From Macrostomum lignano (lineage: Eukaryota), in assembly GCA_002269645.1 (NCBI GenBank), contig NIVC01000037.1, forward strand, positions 992,001 through 1,056,000: a stretch of DNA of 64,000 bases. The letters run 5' to 3'. The position numbers and the translations under genes were made by a program. The notes beneath the pieces were generated by a model. That model was not told the origin of the DNA. It did no database searches and worked only from the letters and a program-made list of their open reading frames with translations. Shown here piece after piece: positions 17,321 to 26,953 of the stretch. Every line of letters starts with the position of its first letter. The stretch's first letter is position 1.

Positions 17321-18339
17321 ATAAATCTAGATGTGATAAAATTTGAAAGAAACATCTACTGGTATCTGAAAAAATAATATTTGCTGATGCCTCAGCACCC
17401 CAACTTATCAGCACGTTAAGCGTTATTCAATTCTTCCTATTTGATTTAAGAGTATTCAGTGGAAGTAGAACGGTCGGGAGGGCACCCCGCAGCCAATGAG
17501 AGCTCAGCAATGCTGAATCGTTAACTTTTTGGCAGACGGAAAGAGAGAGGAGTGGCAGACATGAGACAGCACACACAGGAGAGCAGAGAGGAGATAGTAA
17601 ACATGAGACAGCACACACGGGAGAGCAGAGAGGAGATAGTAGACATGAGACAGCACACACGGGAGAGCAGAGAGGAGATAGTAGACATGAGATAGCACAC
17701 ACGGGAGAGGAGATGGTAGACATGAGACAGCACACACGGGAGAGGAGATGGTAGACATGAGACAGCACACACGGGAGAGGAGATGGTAGACATGAGACAG
17801 CACACACGGGAGAGGAGATGGTAGACATGAGACAGCACACACGGGAGAGGAGATGGTAGACATGAGACAGCACACACGGGAGAGGAGATGGTAGACATGA
17901 GACAGCACACACGGGAGAGGAGATGGTAGACATGAGACAGCACACACGGGAGAGGAGATGGTAGACATGAGACAGCACACACGGGAGAGGAGATGGTAGA
18001 CATGAGACAGCACACACGGGAGAGGAGATGGTAGACATGAGACAGCACACACGGGAGAGGAGAGAGGAGAGGAGGAGACGGTAGACACAGGAAAGGGGAG
18101 AAAAGGCAAGGGGGAACTGGAAAAAAGGGGATGAAACTATTTTTGATTGATAATTCACCAATTTCAAGTTCATTTGGCAGTCATCTCTCAGTGCAGATCT
18201 GTGACCCTCTCCCTCCCTCCAATCCCAAGGCTCTCAATCTGCCATGAAAACTTCTTTCCACTTTAAACACCTGCTGTGTGAGCTCACTGAAATTCACCGT
18301 TAAAATCTCAAATACTGCAATGGGAACGGATTAACAACA

Positions 18340-18411
18340 GCCCCAGTGGCGCAATGGATAGCGCGTCGAACTTCTAATCCGGAGGTTGAGGGTTCGAGTC
18401 CCTCCTGGGGT
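18340..18411 (+). tRNA. tRNA-Arg(UCU), class A flank; G30A mismatch in the anticodon stem
   Basis: GCCCCAG acceptor stem, GCGC D-stem, CTTCTAA loop, TTCGAGT T-loop, downstream T5 run. Confidence 0.85.
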
Positions 18412-19386
18412 GTATTAAGTTCATTTTTGGAACATTTAAATAAATATGAGTTGAGCTGAGTTTTGCCGTTAAAGTTTTCAGTCAGTTGTGGTAAAAACGG
18501 ATTACATACTTTAAATTCCTGAAACATTACTAGACATCCGAGTTCATGAATGAGTTCATGAGTGAATCAGTTCAGAAGTTTTCAAGTTATGCGTTCGTGA
18601 GTGAGTGAGTGAGTGAGTGAGTGAGTGAGTGAGTGAGTGAGTGAGTGAGTGAGTGAGTGAGCGGTTTCCAAGCGGTATTGTTGTGGCTCTGAACCCGCTT
18701 TCACACCGAAGTCCCCAGCTGTCTCGCCCTCGAGTTTCGCACCTCTGTGGGGCCGCCGCCCGGCAACCGACAGCCGAAGCGGTGCGGTCCGCTGTGCAGC
18801 AGCTGGAGACACCTGGGAGCAGCCCATGATGCAGCGAGATGCTCAGGCCGACTCAGCTCTCCAGGTGTTCGCACAGCCCAGTTCGAGTTGTGCAGATTCG
18901 CCTGGCAACCAGTGGAGATGCTGAGCCGAACTGGGTGCGCCGGTTGCTGGGATGGGGCAGGGAGGCCTGCAGCCAGAGCCTGGGGTGCCAGCCCTTCTCC
19001 AAAGCCGCAATTCAGACATTAGCAGATCTAAGATAAGCGAGTCTAGATAATAGTAAGCTATTCTTGAACAAAATTTTGAAGAAACATTTCTTTTTTCCGA
19101 ACTCGGCAGCTCAGAAATAAATGAATTGCACATAAATGGCTGCGTTGGCCTACTAAAACTTCTGCCAATCTCATGCCAACAGTTGCTCAGAGCCAGAGGT
19201 GTTGCCCAACTCGGGAACAAATTATTGAGCACACTAAAGTTGACTCCAACTTACTCAATTTTTTTCCTGAGTCTAATAGTGAAACAGCTGCTCAAGACAT
19301 TCTGCTACTCACCATTGAAGTCTCCGCTTTCAGCAGGCAAAGCAATTGAGAATTAAAGTTCAAAACTCGCTTGTTCGACTACCGAA

Positions 19387-19458
19387 GCCCCAGTGGCGCA
19401 ATGGATAGCGCGTCGGACTTCTAATCCGGAGGCTGAGGGTTCGAGTCCCTCCTGGGGT
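19387..19458 (+). tRNA. tRNA-Arg(UCU), class B flank
   Basis: Full cloverleaf, intact A and B boxes, downstream T-run terminator. Confidence 0.92.
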
Positions 19459-20264
19459 ATTGAGTGCTACTTTTTTGTTCATAAATGAAACCACAACTTT
19501 ATGTTTATCGCACCGTAGACTGTCTTGCCATCGCCATCCCACAGCCGTGTCTACAGCTTGCATCTGGCACAAAACTCGAGAAATCAACAGGTAGGGCAAC
19601 TATCAATAAATGGTACCCTGGTATATATTCCCCATTTATACCAGTGCCCTAGACACTTGGTATTAACGGGGAAAATGTGATGTATCCACCACTTAAAAGT
19701 AGAAACAGCGTAACAGGGAGAGCGGGGCCAAGGGGGCGCTTAGCCTCCTTGCGGGGGTGTGGGGGCAGAGCCCCCACATTTAAGAACGCTAAGACAATTT
19801 ATTAAAAATGATTTGATGTCTATGGTCTATAGCAGAATTTCAATACCATATTCTGCAGATTCAGACATGCGGTGAATGTGTCAGACAATTCTCTCTATGT
19901 AGCCAAGTGAGCAGTAAGAAACAGCGTTATAATATTGTCTTTAGGCGAGTGAAAAAAAAGTTAATTTGCACCGATGCAAATAAATGAAATTTACACGGAG
20001 ACCATAGACGTTCGCCCGGGGCAAGTGGGGGATACATTTCCATAAAGTCACTTATTTCATATTCAGCATGATTTCTGCAGTGATTCTATAAGTAGTCAAT
20101 TGCGCACATCTTTTACTAATATGAATGCAAAGTAAAGAAAATCTTAAACTATGATTTACAAATATTTTTCTCAGTCTGTACAATGGCGGAAAACATTTTT
20201 GTAAGTTTTGTATTTTTGTACATTGAAAAGCGGGCTTTGACACGGAGGCGCCAGCAAAAGCAAC

Positions 20265-20828
20265 AGATGCAAAAGAAACAAGCAAAAGACAAAAACAAGC
20301 AAAAGACAAAAACAAGCAAAAGACAAAAACAATCAAAAGACAAAAACAATCAAAAGACAAAAACAGGCAGAAGACAAAAACAAGCAAAAGACAAAAACAA
20401 GCAAAAGACAAAAACAAGCAAAAGACAAAAACAAGCAAAAGACAAAAACAAGCAAACGACAAAAACAGGCAGAAGACAAAAACAATCAAAAGACAAAAAC
20501 AAGCAGAAGACAAAAACAAGCAAAAGACAAAAACAATCAAAAGACAAAAACAAGCAGAAGACAAAAACAAGCAAAAGACAAAAACAATCAAAAGACAAAA
20601 ACAATCAAAAGACAAAAACAAGCAAAAGACAAAAACAAGCAAAAGACAAAAACAAGCAAAAGACAGAAACAAGCAAACGACAAAAACAGGCAGAAGACAA
20701 AAACAATCAAAAGACAAAAACAAGCAGAAGACAAAAACAAGCAAAAGACAAAAACAAGCAAAAGACAAAAACAAGCAAAAGACAAAAACAAGCAAAAGAC
20801 AAAAACAAGCAAAAGACAAAAACAAGCA
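20265..20828. repeat. 17-bp minisatellite AAGCAAAAGACAAAAAC directly after the ZF-gene stop (also at 27770-27980, 42280-42778, 62290-62640)
   Basis: Directly visible, with variable copy number. Confidence 0.92.
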
Positions 20829-20830
20829 AC

Positions 20831-21787
20831 TCATGCTCGAGCTCGCCTGCACACCAGGTTGTGCTTCCTGGCGCTCCCGGCCCGAATGAAGACCCTGCCG
20901 CAGCTGCCGCAGCCGAAGGAGCGCCTGACACCGGCTAAGAGCAGCTGCTGGTTCACGTGACTGATCACGTGACGCTGCCGTTCTGACAGCTTCGGCGTCG
21001 GCCGAATCGGCCGCAGCGGCGGCAGCAGCACGGAGCAGTCGGCGCAGAGCTCGCAGTTCCCGTCGACGTCAACGTGGCGAGCGATGTGGCGCTGCAGCCG
21101 CGCCACGCTGGCCGCCACCGTCCCGGAGCAGCGAGGCAGCCAGCAGGTCAGGGAGCCGCGCTTTGAACCGCAGCTTCGCGGCGTCGGCGATGGCACCGGG
21201 AACGGCATCGGCGTTGACGCTGGCGGAGGCAGCTGGGATGTCGGAGGCATCGGCATTGTCGGAGGCGTCGGCATTGTCGGAGGCGTCGGCATTGTCGGAG
21301 GCATCGGCATTGTCGGGGACATCGGCGTGGGGAAGAATCGGGATGTCAACCAGGCCATTTGCGGTGATGAGCTCGGTGGCTTCATGAGGCATCGGGACGA
21401 CAGCGAGGCCATCTGCGGGGACCTCAGCGAGGCCATTCGGGGGGCCATCGGCGAGAACCTCAGCGAGGCCATTGGCGAGGACGACAGTGAGGCCATCTGC
21501 GAGAACCTCAGCGAGGCCATTGGCGAGGACGTCAGCGAGGCCATCTGCGGGGACCTCAGCGAGGCCATTGGCGAGGACGACAGCGAGGACATCTGCGGGG
21601 ACCTCAGCGAGGCCATTGGCGAGGACGACAGTGAGGCCATCTGCGAGAACCTCAGCGAGGCCATCGGCGAGGACGACAGCGAGGACATCTGCGGGGACAT
21701 CAGCGAGTCCATTGGCGAGGACGACAGCGAGGCCATCTGCGGGGACCTCAGCGAGGCCAGCAGCGGTGATGAGCTTGGCGGCTGCAT
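20831..21787 (-). CDS. Intronless three-zinc-finger protein, copy 1 (318 aa from MQPPSS)
   Basis: C-terminal C-x4-C-x13-H-x3-H, C-x2-C-x21-H-x3-H and C-x2-C-x12-H-x3-C (CGSCGRVFIRAGSARKHNLVC). TATA and CCAAT boxes upstream favour ATG 21787 over the ORF-track start at 21964. Confidence 0.7.
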   Translation of the reverse strand: MQPPSSSPLLASLRSPQMASLSSSPMDSLMSPQMSSLSSSPMASLRFSQMASLSSSPMASLRSPQMSSLSSSPMASLRSPQMASLTSSPMASLRFSQMASLSSSPMASLRFSPMAPRMASLRSPQMASLSSRCLMKPPSSSPQMAWLTSRFFPTPMSPTMPMPPTMPTPPTMPTPPTMPMPPTSQLPPPASTPMPFPVPSPTPRSCGSKRGSLTCWLPRCSGTVAASVARLQRHIARHVDVDGNCELCADCSVLLPPLRPIRPTPKLSERQRHVISHVNQQLLLAGVRRSFGCGSCGRVFIRAGSARKHNLVCRRARA

Positions 21788-21872
21788 GACCGATTGTGCA
21801 GAGTTATTGACGAGCAGCAGTTGGATGGCAAGCGAATGCTTTGAGAGATTCGAGGCCAGCAGCGCAGGCTGG

Positions 21873-21970
21873 TTATATAGTCTTTGTCTCACTGAGCCCC
21901 GCCTCATCTCCCGCCAATGGGAAGCTGAGCTCGGATTAGCTGGGCTATGATGCCCTCCTGTCATTGGCTG
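21873..21970 (-). promoter_or_regulatory. Zinc-finger gene core promoter: two opposed CCAAT boxes plus TATATAA (present in all 4 copies)
   Basis: Sense CCAAT at 21967-21963, antisense CCAAT at 21914-21918 and TATATAA at 21879-21873, about 85 nt above the ATG. Confidence 0.6.
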
Positions 21971-22664
21971 AGGCGGTCAATCACTCAGATATGTTGAGTT
22001 CATGCCATGCTGTCATCTCGACTGCATCCGCTGTATGTTGTTGGGGTGAAATCGGGATGATTTTGGGATGATTTGGAATTTATTGTATTGATTTTTATTG
22101 TTAAAAATTATTGTTAAAAATTTGGGAGAGAAGGGTAGGCAAAAGTGGATTTTGCGAGGCGGTTCATGAGTTGCTTTGTCAAATGCTGTGAAGTTCTCGT
22201 ACTGCCAGCTTTCCAGTGACTGATAATACTCAGTCCCCATGAGATCCCCATCCCCATGAGCTGAATCCCCACTGCTGGCTGGTCCCCACTGAGTCAGTCA
22301 GTCAGTCAGTCAGTCAGTCAGTCATTAGTAAGTTCATGAGTGAGTTCATGAGTGAGTTCATGAGTGAGTTCATGAGTGAGTTCATGAGTGAGTTCATGAG
22401 TGAGTTCATGAGTGAGTTCATGAGTGAGTTCATAAGTGAATGAATGAGCGAGTGAGTGAGTGACCCTCTCCACTCTCCACTCTCTCTCCACTCTCCACTC
22501 TCTCTCTCTCCACTCTCTCTCTCTCTCCACTCTCCCTCTCTCTCTCCACTCTCTCTCCCTCTCTCTCTCCACTCTCTCTCCACTCTCCACTCTCTCTCTC
22601 CACTCTCTCTCTCTCTTCACTCTCTCTCCACTCTCTCTCTCTCTCCACTCTCCACTTCCTCTCG

Positions 22665-23160
22665 AACCTCTAGCGTTTCCGGTCTCTACTTTACCTTCTA
22701 CCCTCTGACCTCCGCGATCCGCCCCTCGAAACCTCTGTAATCAGACCTGCAAACCTCCCAAATCCGCCCCTCCGCCAAGAATCCGCCGAATTCCTCCTCT
22801 CTCCCGCGGCCTCAGCTCAGCCCCCTCACCCAATTCGAATCCCAAGGCTCCTCGGGCCCGGCATGGCAACCCGGATCGCTCGAGTCGCTCCAGCAGCCGC
22901 AGCCACCTTGGCTGGGCGAGAGGCGACCGCGAATTCCCGCTCGGAAACCGCTTGGAAACCGCTTGGCAACGGACAGCTGTCTCCGGCTGCAGCCATCGGC
23001 CTTAGCAACCGCCGCAGGCGCACCTGTGGAGTCTCATCTCGACTGATTCTAAAAATAGCACAGACTTCGGCCGACCAGCTGGGCAGCGCAGGCCGCCCTC
23101 AGCCCCATGCAGACCCGAATGACTCTTGCTGTGCCCCATGAGTTCACTGACTCTGTGCCA
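22665..23160 (+). repeat. Element Y, ~450-500-bp GC-rich dispersed repeat (also at 30620-31110, 35280-35870, 46790-47205, 50940-51520 inverted, 54095-54330 degenerate, 55640-56070)
   Basis: Conserved core CCCAATTCGAATCCC..GGCATGGCAACCCGG..GGAAACCGCTTGGCAACGG. Confidence 0.8.
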
Positions 23161-23687
23161 ATCAATCTGACGCTTTGGTTAATACATTTGAGCTGCATAA
23201 AGGTGTGAAGGCATTGGGCATAAAGCAAGGCATAACAATGGGTGAGATCGGTGGGTATGTTGGCGCACTGTCATGAGTACACTGAGCCCCGAGCTTAAGC
23301 CAGAACCCGCCCAGTCACACACATCCGTGACTAAACTGATGCATCCCGGATCCCCATTAATTGTCAGGCGTTTCTGCTGCATTTCTTTCAATTCAACTGA
23401 AACAATATTGAAAATGATTATTGATAAGAGTTTCTGCTTTCACAAGCGCCGATGCTCATAGAATTTCCGAATATCTCAGTGCATGCAATCAGTGCCAAAG
23501 TAGCGGTACTTCCGTGTTTAACGAATGAGTCTGTCATCAATAAATCGAACGGATTCGAACTCAGGACGATGAACATACTTAAACACCAAAGCCCTGAAAC
23601 TAATTTCTGACAGGCTTGGACCAAAGTAAAAGCGGTATGCAAGCGTCTCTGATTAAGTGATGGATTGCAGATAATGCAAAAGAAATA

Positions 23688-23731
23688 TTTATTTATCGAA
23701 TTTTAATGCAAAGATTAATTTGTTATTTACA
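23688..23731 (-). promoter_or_regulatory. nanos 3' UTR Pumilio response element UGUAAAUA plus AATAAA (also at 36391-36434 and 56586-56629)
   Basis: Perfect TGTAHATA at 23731-23724, 36434-36427 and 56629-56622, each followed about 30 nt later by AATAAA. Confidence 0.6.
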
Positions 23732-23936
23732 TTGTCTGGTGTAGATTTAGGCGTTCATTATTTGTAAATGCATTACAATTGAGAGAGCACAGCTGAGGTA
23801 TTGAGAGTGCACAGCTGAGGGGGTATTGAGAGAGCACAGCTGAGGTATTGAGAGTGCACAGCTGAGGTATTGAGAGTGCACAGCTGAGGGGGTATTGAGA
23901 GTGCACAGCTGAGGGGGTATTGAGAGTGCACAGCTC

Positions 23937-24730
23937 TCACTGTCCCGTCTGCAGTCGGTGGCCGCAGCCGTGGCAGGTGCCCAGCGGGCAGTATTTCACG
24001 GTGTGGGCGCTGCCGCCAGTGGCGCCGCACAGCGGGCAGGTGAAGCGGCTGAGCACCGGGCAGACGACGCTGCCGTTGCCGTCGTTCAGGGTGTGGCCGC
24101 TGCTGAAGGCCTCCGGCTCGCCGTTCTTGCGGCAGAAGACGCAGAAGACGGGGCGCCGCGGCCGGCTGGCGTTCTTGGCGAGCACCGCGCGCTGCAGGGC
24201 CGTGTTGGGCAGTGGGGCGGCAGCAAGCAGCGGGGCGGCAGCGTGCAGCGGGGCGGCAGCGGGCAGCGGGGCGGCAGCGGGCAGCGGGGCGGCAGCGGGC
24301 AGCGGGGCGGCAGCGGGCAGCGGGGCGGCAGCGGGCAGCGGGGCGACAGCGGGCAGCGGGGCGGCAGCGGGCAGCGGGGCGGCAGCGGGCAGCGGGGCGG
24401 CAGCGGGCAGCGGGGCGGCAGCGGGCAGCGGGGCGGCAGCGGGCAGCGGGGCGGCAGCGGGCAGCGGGGCGGCAGCGGGCAGCGGGCAGCGGGGCGGCAG
24501 CGGGCAGCGGAGCGGCAGCGGGCAGCGGGGCGGCAGCGGGCAGCGGGGCGGCAGCGGGCAGCGGGGCGGCAGCGGGCAGCGGGGCGCCAGCGGGCAGCGG
24601 GGCGGCAGCGGGCAGCGGGGCGGCAGCGGGCAGCGGGGCGACAGCGGGCAGCGAGATGGCGGCGGGCTGGTCCTCACGGCTGACCAATGGGGGCAGTTAC
24701 TTCACCTGTGGCTGTGGGGCCGCCTGCCAT
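23937..24730 (-). pseudogene. nanos: nanos copy 1, pseudogene (intact CCHC fingers; exon 1, intron and start deleted; +7 frameshift in the linker repeat)
   Basis: Retains CVFCRKNGE..HTL..CPVLSRFTCPLCGATGGSAHTVKYCP. A 351-bp deletion lies at 24671/24672 relative to copy 2, a ~1.2-kb upstream deletion at 24790/24791, and an extra 7 bp near 24480. Confidence 0.85.
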
Positions 24731-24979
24731 TGGCTGACGAGCTTTCACTTTCGGTGGGTTGAGGGGGAGGCCCCACAGCCAGCACTGGAACTCACCTTGA
24801 CACCACTGACTCCCCTCATGAACCCACTCGTGAACCCATGAACTTCTCACATATCTAGTAATATTTCAGGAATTCGAAAGCTGAAGTCCGTTTCCTACCA
24901 ATATGTACGATTTACCACAATAAAAACAAAACAAAGCTAAGATCATATTTATTTATCCGTTGCAAAAATTAGATATCAC

Positions 24980-25051
24980 ACCCCAGGAGGGACTCGAACC
25001 CTCAACCTCCGGATTAGAAGTCCGACGCGCTATCCATTGCGCCACTGGGGC
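24980..25051 (-). tRNA. tRNA-Arg(UCU), class A flank
   Basis: Reverse complement of the 72-nt consensus, with a T5 terminator downstream. Confidence 0.92.
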
Positions 25052-25309
25052 TGGTGTTAATCCGTTCCCATTGCAGTATTTGAGATTTAACGGTGAATTT
25101 CAGTGAGCTCACACAGCAGGTGTTTAAAGTGGAATGAGAGCCTTGGGATTGGAGGGAGGGAGAGGGTCACAGATCTGTGCTTACAGGTGACCGTCAAATG
25201 AACTGTGAATTATCAATAAAAAATATATTCATCCCCTCTTTTATCTCCCTTTATTCTCTCTCACCCTTTTGTTTCCAGTTCCCCTTTGCCTTTTCTCCCC
25301 TTCCTGTGT

Positions 25310-26070
25310 CTCATGTCTACCCCCTAATCTCTGTCCTGTACTGTCTCATGTCTACCCTCTCCTCTCTGCTCTGTACTGTCTCATGTCTACCCTCTCCTCT
25401 CTGCTCTGTACTGTCTCATGTCTACCCTCTCCTCTCTGCTCTGTGCTGTCTCATGTCTACCCCCTCCTCTCTGCCCTGTGCTGTCTCATGTCTACCCTCT
25501 CCTCTCTGCCCTGTGCTGTCTCATGTCTACCCTCTCCTCTCTGCCCTGTGCTGTCTCATATCTACCCTCTCCTCTCTGTCCTGTGCTGTCTCATGTCTAC
25601 CCCCTCCTCTCTGCTCTGTGCTGTCTCATGTCTACCCTCTCCTCTCTGCTCTGTACTGTCTCATGTCTACCCCCTAATCTCTGTCCTGTGCTGTCTCATG
25701 TCTACCCCCTCCTCTCTGCCCTGTGCTGTCTCATGTCTACCCTCTCCTCTCTGCCCTGTGCTGTCTCATATCTACCCTCTCCTCTCTGCCCTGTGTTGTC
25801 TCATGTCTACCCTCTCCTCTCTGCCCTGTGCTGTCTCATATCTACCCTCTCCTCTCTGCCCTGTGCTGTCTCATGTCTACCCTCTCCTCTCTGCTCTGTG
25901 CTGTCTCATGTCTACCCCTCCTCTCTGCCCTGTACTGTCTCATGTCTACCCTCTCCTCTCTGCTCTGTGCTGTCTCATGTCTACCCTCTCCTCTCTGCCC
26001 TGTGCTGTCTCATGTCTACCCTCTCCTCTCTGCCCTGTGCTGTCTCATGTCTACCCTCTCCTCTCTCTGC
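25310..26070. repeat. Sat35, 35-bp minisatellite 5' of class A tRNAs (also at 17555-18090 inverted, 39530-40090, 55085-55600, 59810-60260)
   Basis: Unit CTGTCTCATGTCTACCCTCTCCTCTCTGCYCTGTR. Confidence 0.92.
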
Positions 26071-26074
26071 CTGC

Positions 26075-26505
26075 ATCACAAAACCCAAAGATCCTTCACT
26101 CACCTCCCTCAGCCCCTCACCCAATTCCAATCCCAAAGCTCCTCGGTCCCGGCAAGGCAACCCGAATCGCTCCGGTCGCTCCAGCCCCACCGAACCCACC
26201 CGCCTCTCGCCCTCGAGTTTCGCACCTCTGTGGGGCCGCCGCCCGGCAACCGACAGCCGAAGCGGTGCGGTCCGCTGTGCAGCAGCTGGAGACACCTGGG
26301 AGCAGCCCATGATGCAGCGAGATGCTCAGGCCGACTCAGCTCTCCAGGTGTTCGCACAGCCCAGTTCGAGTTGTGCCGATTCGCCTGGCAACCAGCGGAG
26401 ATGCCGAGCCGAACTGGGTGCGCCGGTTGCTGAGATGGGGCAGGGAGGCCTGCAGCCAGAGCCTGGGGTGCCAGCCCTTCTCCAAAGCCGCAATTCAGAC
26501 ATTAG
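26075..26505 (+). repeat. Element X, ~430-bp GC-rich dispersed repeat (also at 40095-40525, 60265-60695, and 5'-truncated at 18715-19020)
   Basis: Near-identical copies always upstream of class B tRNA genes; shares a ~75-bp head with element Y. Confidence 0.8.
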
Positions 26506-26881
26506 CAGATCTAAGATAAGCGAGTCTAGATAATAGTAAGCTATTCTTGAACAAAATTTTGAAGAAACATTTCTTTTTTCCGAACTCGGCAGCTCAGAAA
26601 TGAATGAATTGCACATAAACGGCTGCGTTGGCCTACTAAAACTTCTGCCAATCTCATGCCAACAGTTGCTCAGAGCCAGAGGTGTTGCCCAACCGACTCT
26701 TTCAACTCGGGAACAATTATTGAGCACACTAAAGTTGACTCCAACTTACTCAATTTTTTTCCTGAGTCTAATAGTGAAACAGCTGCTCAAGACTTTCTGC
26801 TACTCACCATTGAAGTCTCCGCTTTCAGCAGGCAAAGCAATTGAGAATTAAAGTTGAAAACTCGCTTGTTCGACTACCGAA

Positions 26882-26953
26882 GCCCCAGTGGCGCAATGGA
26901 TAGCGCGTCGGACTTCTAATCCGGAGGCTGAGGGTTCGAGTCCCTCCTGGGGT
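26882..26953 (+). tRNA. tRNA-Arg(UCU), class B flank
   Basis: Same body as the 19387 copy (variable loop AGGCT), with a T-run terminator. Confidence 0.92.

Noticed and set aside
16874-17377. Cys-rich (CVNCGD)n ORF resembling a metallothionein
   Set aside because: It is a pure 18-bp minisatellite with no ATG, and the opposite-strand frames are open too. Openness is a by-product of the repeat.
20183-20938. Lys/Gln-rich plus-strand ORF using AGA codons next to tRNA-Arg(UCU) genes (and its paralogues)
   Set aside because: The 17-bp repeat has no stops in any frame, and the C-terminal frame differs among copies. It overlaps the likely 3' UTR of the ZF gene.
21084-21950. Antisense GIGIVG-repeat ORF present in all four ZF copies
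   Set aside because: It is a shadow ORF of a GC-rich repetitive coding strand. It has no domain, while the promoter motifs and zinc ligands are on the minus strand.
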